DNA of 64,000 nucleotides, taken from assembly GCA_038087875.1 (NCBI GenBank), contig CM075988.1, forward strand, positions 1,240,001 through 1,304,000, read 5' to 3'. The translations under genes were made by a program, and so were the position numbers. Source of the stretch: Malacoraja senta. Taxonomy: Eukaryota. This document shows positions 42,378-55,300 of the stretch, piece after piece; position 1 is the stretch's first letter; every line of letters begins with the position of its first letter. The notes under the pieces were generated by a model, which was given only the letters and a program-made list of their open reading frames with translations, was not told where the DNA came from and made no database searches.

Positions 42378-45300
42378 GTAGCTCTGTTCATTTCCTTTAC
42401 TTTCTGTAACTCACACAGGTTGAAGCACAAGCATCTTTATTGTCCAGGTCATTAACTACTATGCAGATCATCACACGTTCACACTGCTACTCTGACTGGT
42501 AGACAGTGGGTAGGATCTTAAGGGCCTGTCCCACGAGCATGCGACTACATGCGGTGAGCACGACCTAACGTGGTCGCTTGAGCCGTACGGCCTCGCGGGG
42601 CCGGTCCCACTTCGATCGCCGGAGCCGTATGGAGTTGTGCAGGGCTGGTCCCGACATCGCGTGGGGCTCCGAAAAACTGACACTGTCCAAAAATCCCACT
42701 CGCCAACGGCCTGTCGGCCCACAGCCACATTGAGGCCATACGCAGCGTCTTGACGCCGTACACAGCGTCTTGACGGCGTACGCCTAGCACGTGGCGTTGC
42801 CCGATGACGTCACCGCCCGGCGTGCCGTTGCGTGATGACGTCACCGCCCGACACCGTGCGACGTCCAAATTCAGTCGGCCCGCCTCCTGCCCAGCTGATT
42901 GGTGAGTATGATGTCGGGACCAGCCCCGCACAACTCCAGACGTCTCCGCGGTTGGAAGTGGGAACAGCCCCACGAGGCCGTACGCCTCAAGCCACCATGT
43001 TTGGTCGCGCTAGACGCATGCAATCGCATGCTGGTGGGACAGGCCCTTTACACTATGAATGTTATAATTAGGCGGGGTTATAATTACTAAGCATTCTAAT
43101 TGGCTAACATGCTATAGCCAATCTACATCTCTTCTATAAATGAAAAGTAGATGGTGCGTTATCACTACAATGAATACATAAATTATTAAATGCAAGATAC
43201 CATATCTAATAATATCAGCTAAACATAATCGGTTAAAGATTGATTAAACATAGTCACCATATCTAACAGACGGCTTGCTAACCCGCCCGGTCCTCGTACG
43301 GTAAGGAGCTGCCTCATCAACCTTTTCTTCCGAAAAGTTGAGGGCACATTTGGGTGAGGCCGAGGGGCTCTGGGGTGAAACCGTAGGGGAAGACCGTCGC
43401 GGGGGTACCGATGAACCGGTTACAAAAGGGGAAGGGGGAGCAGACCAACACAGGGAGTGATGGGGAGCAGCAGCAGCGGCAGCAGGTACTGGAACGGCTG
43501 GAACTGCGATCACTTTAAAGTTCAGTGGAGGGGCGTCAGGACCCTAGAGTGCCGGACATCGTTCCTTCACTGGAAGGAGGTGTTGACCACCGACATCGAC
43601 AAGGTTCGAGTGTGGAACCCCAGTTTAGTAGGTCCTTTGTCTGTCTGTAGACGGACCACTTGGCCTTGGATTAGGGGCTTAAGTGGCTTACTGGATTTGT
43701 CGTAGGCACGTTTCTGCGTGTCTCGATTGGATTGCACGCGTTTTTGAACTACAGCAGGGCTGAAAACTTTCTGCTTTGTGATCCTGTGTCACTTGCAGTG
43801 GAGGTCTTGTCCAGCAGGACATCAGTCGCTGGGCTGGAGAGCCTAGAACATTGTCTCTGGCGATATTTCTCAAGTTCAACAGTTCCAGGTAGATGTCAGA
43901 TTTAGCCAGATAGTAGCGTTCCATGAGTTGTCTAGCACTACCAACAGCACGTTCGGCAAGTCCATTGGACTGTGGGTATTCTGGGCTGCTGGTAACATGT
44001 TGAAAGTTCCACCGTTTGGCAAAGTCTCTGAACCTTTGGCTGGTGAATTGCGTCCCGTTGTCAGTCTGAAGGCGGGCTGGAATGCCATGTACGGAGAAGT
44101 GTTGTCGGAGTTTCTGGACGACTATTTCTGAGGAGATGGTTGGCAGAAAATCAATTTCGAACCAACTCGAGTACGAGTCCACTAACACGGGATAGTGCTT
44201 CCCATGCCAGTCGAAGATATCGGCGGCCACAGACGACCAAGGTAAAGAGGGTGCATGTTGGGACAGCATTGGTTGTTTTTGCTGGTGTGGTACCTGTCTG
44301 TTACAGATCGCGCATGATTCTGTTGTCTCCCAAATGTACTTTGTCATTCCAGGCCAATAGATCATTTATTTAGTGCTCTGTAGGGTGGCTTCAACGCCTG
44401 GCTGGCCACTGTGGATCGCCTCATAATATTTGTTTCGCAGAGAGGGAGGGATGACCGTCTTGTGACCCTTCACTATCACACCATCCTGTAGCACCAGTTC
44501 GTCACGGACCAAAAAGTAAGGTCGTAGTTCAGCGGGAGTGTTGGACTGCTTGTTTGGCCAGCCGCCTTTAATGATGGAGGTTAGCAGCTGGGAGATTTTA
44601 TCTGCGGCAGTGTGTTCGACGAGGCGGCGCAGGCGGTCAGTTGGAACGAAGGAAACTTTTAGAACAGAGAATTCTTCTTGTTCGAATGGGTGTTGTTCGC
44701 TGGTGGCGTGTGGAGCTCGAGATAGAGTGTCTGCGATGTGCATGTCTTTACCATTTTAGTAGACGATGCGAAAATCAAAGCATTGTAGCTGCATCATCAT
44801 GCGTGGGCTGCATGAATAGGCTTGCTCAGGATGGTGACCAACGGCTCGTGATCAGTTTCTACCGTGAAAGTTTTGCCGAAAGTAAAGTCTTTAAATTTGG
44901 ATCAGGTAAAAACCACGGCAAGCAGTTCTTTCTCTATCCGGGCATAGCGCTGTTCGGTGTCCGTCAGGGTTCGTGAAGCGTAGGATACCGGCATAACATC
45001 GCCGTTGAAAGAGGTCTGCAGGCATGCTGCACCTAGTCCATACTGGGATTCATCCCAGGTAATTGTGACTGGCAGGTCGATATTGAAGGTGGACAGAGTA
45101 GGAGCACTGGCGAGCTGTAGCTTTAACGTTTCGAAAGCTCGCTGGTGGTTTGGGTACCAGGACCAGGTGTTGTCCTTGTGGGTTAGTTGATGCAGGGGGG
45201 CTGAGATTGGGGATACATTTTCCCAGGTAGTTGACCGTGCCTAGAAATCGTTGCAGGCTGGGGACGTCAGTTGGTACCGGCAGCTCGTTGATTGCTGCAG

Positions 45301-46720
45301 TCTTCAGCGGATCAGGTTTTAGCCCAATGTTGGTGAACACGTGACCTACGTAGGTGACCGGGAACCCTGAACTTGCACTTCAGTGGGTTCAGTTTTAAGT
45401 TCTTGTCTCTGGCACGGTCCAGTACTTTATGTAGGTTGGCATCGTGCTCGGTGGCATCGTGGCCATAAACTAGAATGTCGTCAACAATGATGGCACAGGG
45501 GAATTCTGCAAACAGTTGTTCCATAGCACGCCGGAAAACTTCGCTGGCAGAGTTGATGCCAAAGGGAATTCTTAGGAATCAGTAACATCCGAACGGGGTG
45601 GCAAAGGTTGTTTATGCCGATGAGGCACAGTCTAACGGGATTTGCCAGAAAGAGTTTTTGGCATCCAAGACTGAGAACACCGTTGCGTTACCGATTTGTG
45701 CTGCTACATCTTCGGTGGTCCTCATCGGGTAGTGTTGGCGTTTGATTGCTGTGTTCAAATCTTTAAGATTGATGCAGATGCGTAACTCCTTCTTGTCTTT
45801 CTTTGTGGTGACAACCATAGTGGAGACCCAGTCGGAGGGCTCGCTGACTTCGGCAAGAACACCGATGGAGACCATACGTTTCAGTTCATCGTGTATTTGC
45901 TCACACATACCATGCGGGACGTGGTGAGGGGCACGCACGATTGGGGTGACTGTATGGTCGACAACGATCTTGTATGTTGAGGGTAGTTTGCCGAGTTTGT
46001 TGTTAAACAAATCTTTGTAGTTGGATAGCATCTGTATGGTTGGTTCCTCCGTCAAACAGAGTTTGTGGACAGCACGCCCGAAAGACCAAACCCAGGACAT
46101 GGCACGCATCGATGCCTAGCAGGGTTTCAGAACTTGGCTGAACGATGTAAAATAGCAAGTCCTTGGTCTGTTCATTGATGGTACATTTAAAGTCAGCTTT
46201 ACCCAGCGGGTGAAGAATTTCTCCTCCATAAGCACGTAGAGTGGAGGAGTCTTTTTTCATGAGCTCAGTGGTTCTTATCTTGTTGAACACTTTGAGTGAC
46301 ATGATGTTCACCGGTATTGACTTTGCCGATCAGGGGTTTGTTATTGATTATCATGGTCACAGCAGGATCAGTTACTTTGCCTGGGGTGCGCAGGTTTAGG
46401 GAAAGTACGGTAGACTCAGTGTCTGTGTTATCAGAGTCGTTCCCGTGGGAAGATTCGTCCTGTTCATGGGAATCAGAATCAGACGGGTTTTGTTGAATCA
46501 GGTGCAGCTTTGTCCTTGGAGCTGTAGTCCCACTGGATCGACAACTATTAGCAAAGTGGTTGAGCTTTTTGCAATTATGACATACTTTCCCATGGGCTAC
46601 GCAAATGGTGGTGGAAATAGCTAGTTTGTGCAACTCGTATTAGGCATGTTCTGAGCTTTGCTGGACGCATTGAGAAATCTTTGCGGAGAGTAACTAGCCA
46701 AATTCACATTCAACTGTTGA
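42378..46720 (-). mobile_element. Ty3/Gypsy LTR retrotransposon (gag-PR-RT-RH-INT, degenerate) with putative 3' LTR about 42378-43127
   Basis: Gag knuckle CHNCKKLNHFANSC, RT LDAKNSFWQI and IVDDILVYG, RNase H YASRTLTDTEQRYA, integrase VDSYS/TDNG/SNGLAE, and terminal RTRTGRVSKP. A purine tract precedes TGTAG at 43127, and AATAAA lies at 42436-42441 on the minus strand. Confidence 0.9.
42521..43047. mobile_element. PIF/Harbinger-type MITE inserted in the Gypsy LTR
   Basis: TIR AGGGCCTGTCCCAC...GTGGGACAGGCCCT with extended inverted arms, and TTA on both sides (42518-42520, 43048-43050). Confidence 0.85.
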
Positions 46721-48659
46721 TTAGCATTTGTGCTATCAAAATCAGACAGTGCTGCCACAGTCTAAGCCATTCTACAAGCATGAATTGCTTGCTCTAAAGT
46801 CAGTTCTGCATTCTGCAGCAGTTTGGCTCGCAGCTCATTCCTCCCACAATTTTATCGCAAACGAACTCATTTTTCAACTCACCAAATCTGCATCGAGAGC
46901 TGATGTGTCTCAGTTCACTGATGAATCATTCCACTCATTGATTGGCCGCCAAATAATGAGGCACAAAAAAAATTGACAAATAGGAAAACAAGCGACCACG
47001 TTTGGGCGCGCTAGAAGCATGCAATCGCATGCTGGTGGGACAGGCCCTTCAGGCTGCTGTCGGACTGAAACTAGCTCTTTATCTTTTTGTTTCACAGAAT
47101 CACTTTAAGCCCGGTCTCTGCATTATAAGTGCAACATGAACAGTGATGGAAATGGGTTTTAGGAACTAGGGGTACGCTAAGGTCCGTAAGGATGAGGTTG
47201 GGAAGGAAGGGAGGGGGGGGGGGGTGGGGGTAGATGCTATAAGCCCCCCATGAGAAATTTTATTTCTCTGAAATTAAATATAGACATAAAGCTGGAGTAA
47301 CTCAGCAGGACAGGCAGCGCAGTGATTATGGAGAGAAGACCCTTGTTCAGACTGAACTGAACACTCGTCGGTGAGAGTACTTGTGATTGTCTGAAGAAGG
47401 GTCTCGACCAGAAACGCAACCCTCTACCCAGAGCCCATGCCCATCCCGCTGAGCCACCTTCAACTTCAGAGCCAAACAAACAACACAGAGTGTTGGAGGA
47501 ACTCAGGGGGCAAGGCGGCATCCGCGGAGGGAACGGACCAGGAGCCGCCATGGGCCAGAACTCTCTCTCGCTCTCCCTCCCCCACCCACCAACAGAAAGG
47601 AATCGCAGATGAAGCCGTCACCGCAAAACGTTTAAGAAGGAAAATCGAAGGTAGACAAAAATGCTGGAGAAACTCAGCGGGTGAGGCAGCATCTATGGAG
47701 CGAAGGAAATAGCCAACATTTCGGGCTGGGTCTGATGAAGGGTTTCGGCCCAAAACGTTGCCTATTTCCTTCGCTCCATAGATGCTGCCTCACCCGCTGA
47801 GTTTCTCCAGCATTTTTGTCTACCGCAAAACGTCAATGATTCTGGGAATACCGAGGCGACAGGGTGAGAGAGAGGGAGTGTGAGAGCTGAGATGGGGAGC
47901 AGCAGAGACGAGATGGGGAGCGGGAGAGAGAGCGCGAGAGAGAGAGAGGGAGGGAGAGAGCAAAAGACAGAGAGACACAACGTGGGTCGGTAGTTGAATG
48001 ACTAACCTGCACACCAAGAAGAAGCCCCTTCGGAGCCCTCAATCATGATGGTGAGTTTTAAGAAATTCCCAATGTGTCATTAATGCATCGATCTACATTC
48101 CTCAGTAAATGTAATTGTGTTTTGAACGAGTATTAATGACGCCGCGTGAATTTTATTCAAAGGACGTGGTGTCATTAATACTTGTTCAAAACACAATTAC
48201 ATTTACTGAGGAATATGGATCGATGCATTGATGAGCGGTTGTTATCCATGTTCGTTTTTTTTTAAAATCCGGATGGCGAATGTTTTATTAAAAATCTTTA
48301 TTTAACAAAGCAAATTCATATTTCCGTAAGAAATGCGGAACATTAGTGCGGGGCCCAATTGGGAGCAATCGGTCCAATCGGCTTAAGGCCGGCCCTGCAC
48401 CCACCTATTTGTGAGCAGTAGGGGTGCAGTTCCGAGCCCGCCGGCTCCAGGTGGCGCTGTACGGGCCCGCGGGGCTCATTGATAACTGCAGCGCCTGCTG
48501 CCACCTGCTGGCTGCTCTGTGTTACTGCAGCTGCCCTCTCCCGGACATCTCTCCAAACTAACTCCACTACCAGAGATAGACACAAAATGCTGGAGTAACT
48601 CACATCTGCAGCACCCTCAACTCCCCCAAATAACGTCACTAGCACAGTGCAGTGCCCTT

Positions 48660-49730
48660 TACTCTCCAAGGAAAGATAGCTGAATGGATAGAAAGTTGTC
48701 TCCTTGGAAGGAAGCAGAGGGTGATGGTGGAAGGTTGCTTCTCAGAATGGAGGCCTGTGACTCCAGGTTCGGTGCTGGGCCCGTTACTGTTTATCTTCTA
48801 CATCAATGATTTGGATGAGAACATACATGGTGAGACTAACAAGTTTGCAGATGACACAAACGTGGGTGGTTTTGCAGATAGTGAAGATGGTTGTGAAAAG
48901 TTGCAGCAGGATCTGGATCGATTGGCCAGTTGACAGAGAAATGGTTGATGGAATTTAATACAGAGAATTGTGATATGTTGCATTTTGGGAAGTCCAACAA
49001 GGGCAGGACCTACACAGTGAACGACAGGCCTCTGTGGAGTGTTGTAGAGCAGAGGGATCTAGGAGTACAGGTGCATGGTTCCTTGAAGGTCGAGTCGCAG
49101 GTAGATGTGGTCAAAAAGGCTGTTGGCACATTGGCCTTCATCAGTCACAGTATTGAATATAGAAAGTTATGTTGCAGTTGTATAAGACGTTGGTGAGGCC
49201 GCATTTAGAGTATTGTGTTCAGTTCTGAGTACCATGTTATAGTAAAGACGATGTCAAGCTTGAAAGGATACAGAGAAAATTTACGAGGATGTTGCCCGGA
49301 CTAGAGAGTCTGTGCTATAGGGAGAGGTTGAGTAGGCCTGGACTCTATTCCCTAGGGCACAGGAGAATGAGGGGTGATCTTACAGTATCATGAGAGAAAT
49401 AGATTGGGCAGCTGCACAGACTCTCTTGCCCAGATAGATAGGTGAATCGAAGACCAGAGAACATAGGTTTAAGGTGTAAAGATTTAATAGGAATCTGAGG
49501 GGTAACTTTTTCACACAAAGGGTGTTGGTTGTATGGAACAAGCTGCCAGAGGAGGTAGTTGAAGCTGGGACTATCCCAACATTTAAGAAACGGTTAGGCA
49601 AGTATATGAATAGGACAGGTTTGGAGGGATATGGATCAAACGCAGGCAGGTAGGACTAGTGTAGCTGGGACATTGTTGGCCAGTGTGGGCGTTGGGTCGA
49701 AGGGCCTGTTTCCACACTATATGACTATGA
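48660..49730 (+). mobile_element. CR1 RT/3' fragment
   Basis: GSVLGPLLFIFYINDLD...KFADDT plus the CR1 3' end. Confidence 0.8.
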
Positions 49731-49829
49731 CGCAAAAGTGAGTGGTATTATAGATAGTGAAGTAGTGGAATCACAGGTAGATAGTGTGGTCAAAAAGGCT
49801 TTCAGCACATTGGCCTTCAGTCAGAATAT

Positions 49830-52800
49830 ACATAGATACATAGACAATAGGTGCAGGAGTAGGCCATTCGGCCTTTCAAGCTAGTACCGCCATTCAATGT
49901 GATCATGGCTGATCATCCACAAATCAGTACCCCGTTCCTGACTTCTCCGCATACCCCTTGAAACTTTTTCACCCAGAGAGTTGTGAATCTGTGGAATTCT
50001 CTGCCGCGGAAGGCAGTGGAGGTCTATTCCCTGGATGCTTTCAAGAGAGAGTTAGTTAGAGCTCTTAAAGATAGCGGATATGGAGAGAAGGCCGGAACGG
50101 GGTACTGATTATGGATAATCAGCCATGATCACAATGAATGGCGGTGCTGGCTTGAAGGGCCGAATGGCCTACTCCTGCACCTATTGTCTATTGTCCATCC
50201 CTTATTCTTAAACTGTGACCCCTGGTTCTGGACTCCCACAACATCGGGAAAATGTTTCCTGCATCTAGCGTGTCCAATCCCTTAATAATTTTATATGTTT
50301 CTATAAGATACCCTCTCATCCTTCTAAATTCCAGTGAATATAAGCCCAGTGGCTTTATTCTTTCAATCATATGACAGTCCTGCCATCCTGAGAATTAACC
50401 TTGTGAACCTCCGCTGCACTCCCTCAATAGTAAGAATGTCCTTCCTCAAATTAGGAAAACAAAACTGCACACAATACTCCAGGTGTGGTCTCACCAGAAC
50501 CCTGTACAACTGCAGAGGGGCCTCTTTGCTCCCAAACTCAACTCCTCCCATTATGAAGGCCAAAATGCCATTAGCTTTCTTCACTGCCTGTTGTGCCTGC
50601 ATGCTTACTTTCAGTGACTGATGTACAAGGACACCCAGGTCTCGTTGTACTTCCCCTTTTCCTAACCTGACACCATTCAGATAATAATCTGCCTTCCTGT
50701 TCGTGTCACCAAAGTGGATAACCTCACATTTATCCACATTATACTGCTTCTGCCATGCCCACTCACCCAACCTATCCAAGTCACCCTGCAGCCTCATAGC
50801 ATCCTCTTCACAGTGCACACTGCCACCCAGCTTTGTGTCATCTGCAAATTTGCGAATGTTACTTTTAATTCTTTCAACTAAATCATTAATGTATATTGTA
50901 AATAGCTACGGTCCCAGCACTGAGCCTTGCGGCACCCCACTAGTCACTGCCTGCCATTCTGAAAGGGACCCGTTAATCCCTACTCTTTGTTTCCTGTCTG
51001 CCAACCAATTTTCTATCCATGTCAGCACCCTATCCACAATACCATGTGCTCTAATTTTGCCCACTGATCTCCTGTGTGGGACCTTATTAAAGGCTTTCTG
51101 AAAGTCCAGGTATACTACATCCACTGGCTCTGCCTTGTCAATTTTACTTGTTACATCCTCAAAAATTCCAGAAGATTAGTCAAGCAAGATTTCCCCTTCG
51201 TAAATCCATGCTGACGCGGACCGATCCTGTTACTGCTATCCAAATGTGCGGCTATTTCATCTTTGATAATCGACTCCAGCATCTTCCCCACCACCGATGT
51301 CAGGCTAACTGGTCTATAATTACCTGCTACCTCTCTCCCTCCTTTTTTAAACAGTGGGATAACATTAGCTGCCCTCCAATCCACAGGAACATTGGAAAAT
51401 GATCACCAATGCGCCCACGATTTCTAGAGCCACCTCCTTGAGTACCTTGCGATGCAGACCATCAGGCCCAGGGATTTATCAGCCTTCAGTCCCATCAGTC
51501 TATCCAACAGCAGTTCCTGACTAATGTGAATTTCCTTTAGTTCCTCCGTCACCCTAGGTCCTCTGTCCCCAAGTACATCTGGGAGATTGTTTGTGTCTTC
51601 CTTAGTGAAGACAGAACCAAAGTACCTGTTCAACCCATCTGCCATTTCCTTCTTTCCCATAATAAATTCACCTGTTTTTGTCTTCAAAGGACCCACATTT
51701 GTCTTAACTAATGTTTTCCTCATCACATACTGTACCTAAAGAAGCTTTTACTATCCTCCTTTATATTCTTGACCTTCGTATTTCATCTTTTCTCCCCGTA
51801 TTGCCTTTTTAGTTATCTTCTGTTGATCTTGAAAAGTTACCCAACCCGCTGGCTTCCCGCTCATCTTTGCTTTGTTATGTCTTCTCTTTTATTTTTATAC
51901 TGTCCTTGACTTCACTTGTCAGCCAGGTCGCCTCTTACTCCCCTTAGAATCTTTCTTCCTCTTTGGAATGAACTGATCCTGCACCTTCTGTATTATTCCC
52001 AGAAATACCTGCCATTGCTGTTCCACTGTCATCCCTGCTAGGGTCTCTTTCCAGTCAACTTTGGCCAGATCCTCCCTCAACAGTCCCCTTTGTTGCAATA
52101 CTGACACTTCAAATGTTACCTTCTCCCTCTCAAATTGAAGATTAAAACATCATATCATGGTCATTACCTCCTAAAGGTTCCTTCACCTCAAGGGTAGACA
52201 AAAGTGCTGGAGAAACTCAGTGGGTGCAGCAGCATCTATGGAGCAAAGGAAATAGGCAACGTTTCGGGCCGAACCCCTTCTTCAGACTCAATAGGCAAAG
52301 TTTCGGCCTGAAACGTTGCCTATTTCCTTTGCTCCATAGATGCTGCTGCACCCGCCGAGTTTCTCCAGCATTTTTGTCTACCTTCGATTTTCCAGCATCT
52401 GCAGTTCCTTCTTAAACAAATTCCTTCACCTCGAGTTCCCTTATCAAATCCGGTTCATTACACAACACTAAATCCAGAATTATCTGCTCCCTGGTAGGCT
52501 CCAGTACAAGCTGCTCTAAGAATCCAACTTGGAGGCACTCCACAAACTCCCTTTCTTGGGGTCCAGTTCCAACCTGATTTCTCCCAGTCTACCTGCATGT
52601 TGAAATTTCCCATAACCACCATAGCATTACCTTTGTTACATGATAATTTTAACTCCAGATGCAACTTGCACCCTATCTCCAGGCTACTGTTTGGGGGCCT
52701 GTAGATAAGTCCCAGTAGGGTCTTTTTACTCTTCCACCCTATCTCCAGGCTTCTCAGCCAATTTCTCAGTTCTATCCATACTGACTCTACATCTCCTGAT

Positions 52801-55300
52801 TCTATGTCACCCCTCGCAAGGGACTCAATTTAATTCCTTACCAGCAGAGCCACCCCACCCCCTCTGCCCACCTGTCTGTCTTTTCAATAGGACGTATACC
52901 CCTGAATATGTAGTTCCGAGCTCTGATCCTCTTGCAGCCATGTCTCTGTAATGCCCACAACATCATACTCACCAATTTCTAACTGAGCCTCAAGCTCATC
53001 CACTTTATTTCTTATACTTTGCGCATTCATATATAACACTTTTCATTTGGTACTCACCTCCCCTCTCCTCTTTCACCTAATCTTGGGTAGACAAAAGTGT
53101 TGGAGAAACTCAGCGGGTGCGGTAGCATCTATGGAGCGAAGGAAATAGGTAACGTTTCGTGTCGAAACCCTTCTTCATACTGATGTAGGGTGGGGGGGGG
53201 GGGGTGGGGCGGGAAGAAGAAAGGAAGAGGAGGAGCCTGAGGGCTGAGGGGGAGCTGAGAAGGGGAGGAGACAGCAAGGGCTACCGGAAATTGGAGAAGT
53301 CAATGTTCAGGCCACCGGGATGCAGACTGCCCAAACGGAATATGAGGTGCTGCTCCTCCAATTTCCGGCAGTGCTCACTCTGGCCATGGAGGAGGCCCAG
53401 GACAGAAAGGTTGGATTCGGAATGGGAGGGAGAGTTGAAGTGCTGAGCCACAGGGAGGTCAGGTTGGTTATTGCGGACCGAGCGGAGGTGTTCGGCGAAA
53501 CGATCGGCAAGCCTATGCTTGGTCTCACCGATGTAGATCAGCTGACATCTAGAGCAGCGGATGCAATAGATGAGGTTGGAGGAGATGCAGGTGAACCTCT
53601 GTCGCACCTGGAATAACTGCTTGTGTCCTTGAATGGAGTCGATGGGGGAGGTAAAGCGACAAGTGCAGCATCTCCTGCGGTTGCAAGGGAAAGTGCCCGG
53701 GGAGGGGGTGGTGCAGGTGGGAAGGGAAGAATTGACCAGGGTGTTACGGAGGGAGCGGTCTTTGCGGAAAGCAGAAATGGGGGCAGATGGGAAGATGTGG
53801 CGAGTGGTGGGGTCATGTTGGAGGTGGCGAAAATGATGGAGGACTATTTGTTGTATGTGACGGCTAGTGGGGTGGAAGATGAGGACTAGGGGGACTCTGC
53901 CCTTGTTACGAGTGGGGGGGTGGGGAGAGAGAGCAGTGTTGCGGGGTATTGAAGAGACGCTGGTGAGAGCCTCGTCTATAGTAGGAGAGGGGAAGAATGA
54001 GGACATTTCCGATGCCCTGGTGTGGAACACCTCGTCCTTGGAGCAGATGCGGCGTAGACGGAGGAATTGGGAGTAGTGGGTGGAATCCCCTAATCTTACT
54101 CTTATCCCTTCTTGAACTTTCTGTCCCATTATGGGTGTCTTTCTTAACTTTTCCTTTACTGTCCTCCCTTTCAACTACATCTTTATACTCCCAATTTGTC
54201 AACCCTTCCCCCCACTATGTAGTTTAAACCCACCCGTGCAGCACTAGCAAACCTGCCTGCCAGAATGTCGGTCCCCCTCCAGTTAAGGTGTAACCCACCC
54301 CTTTTGTACAGGTCACCCCTACCCCAGAAGAGATCCCAGTGGTCTATAAATCTAAATCCTTGCTCCCTGCACCAGACCCTCAGCCACACATTCAGATCCC
54401 CTATCTCCCTGTTCCTGTCCGCACTAGCACGAGGTACTGGAAGGAATCCAGAGATAACCACCCTGGAAGTCCTGCTTTTCAGCCTTCTCCTAACTCTCTA
54501 AACACACGTTGCAGAACCTCCTTCCTCTTCTTCCCGATGTTGTTTCTTCCTACGTGCACAACTACTTCTGGCTGCTCCTCTCGAGGATTTTCTTAACTCG
54601 GTCCGAGACATCTTGAACCCTGGCACCAGGGAGGCAACAGACCATCCTCGAGACTCGCCTGCCGCCACAGAATCTCCTGTCCGCACCTCAGACAATGGAG
54701 TCATCCACCACTATGGCTCTGCCCGACGTCAGCCTCGCCAGTCGAGTCTCATCGCTAGGATTGGAGCCATCGACCTGTCCGCTGCTCGGTCTGGAAGTGT
54801 CATCTGCCCCGACAGCTCCCAAGAAAGTGTACCTGTTTTCATTAGGTATAGCCACCAGAGTCTCCTGCACTCCATGTTTACTCCTCTTTCTCACAGTCAC
54901 ACACCTTCGCTCTTCCTGTATCTTTGGCGTGACAACCTCACTGAAGGTCTTGTCCAGGGAAATGCTTCTCCAGTTCCCAACACGTTCATTCAGGAGCTGC
55001 ACCTGGACACAATTTCTGCAGGTGTAATTCCAGAAGCACCAGCGGTGTTCCTGACTTCCCACATCCTGCAGGAAACACACTGCACCAACATGACTGCCAT
55101 TACTTCAGTGGACCAAAAATCACAACTACCTCATTTTGATCAAGTGTAGCCTCCTTGCCTCAGCCTCATCGCCAAAGACTCTGGAGCCAAAGACTCACAC
55201 TTTACTCACCAAGGCACTTCACATCAACAAGGCCATGTCCTGCTTTTTTTTGCTGTTCAATTAACTAATTAGCTAATTTGCAGATTTAGTTTCCGGTTTT
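49830..55300 (-). mobile_element. Near full-length degenerate CR1 LINE (ORF1 with esterase-like domain + ORF2), with nested insertions
   Basis: ORF2 motifs lie in minus ORFs 50188-52664. ORF1 remnants at about 54183-55080 include CRNC, VVDDSIV, VISGFLPVP and GLHLNWRG, typical of the SGNH esterase-type CR1 ORF1. Confidence 0.85.
53085..54088 (-). mobile_element. Penelope-like element (GIY-YIG endonuclease), 5'-truncated, inserted in CR1
   Basis: NLIYCIRCSRCQLIYIGETKHRLADRFAEH...HFN...GLN, with TSD CCTAATCTT at 53076-53084 and 54089-54097. Confidence 0.9.
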
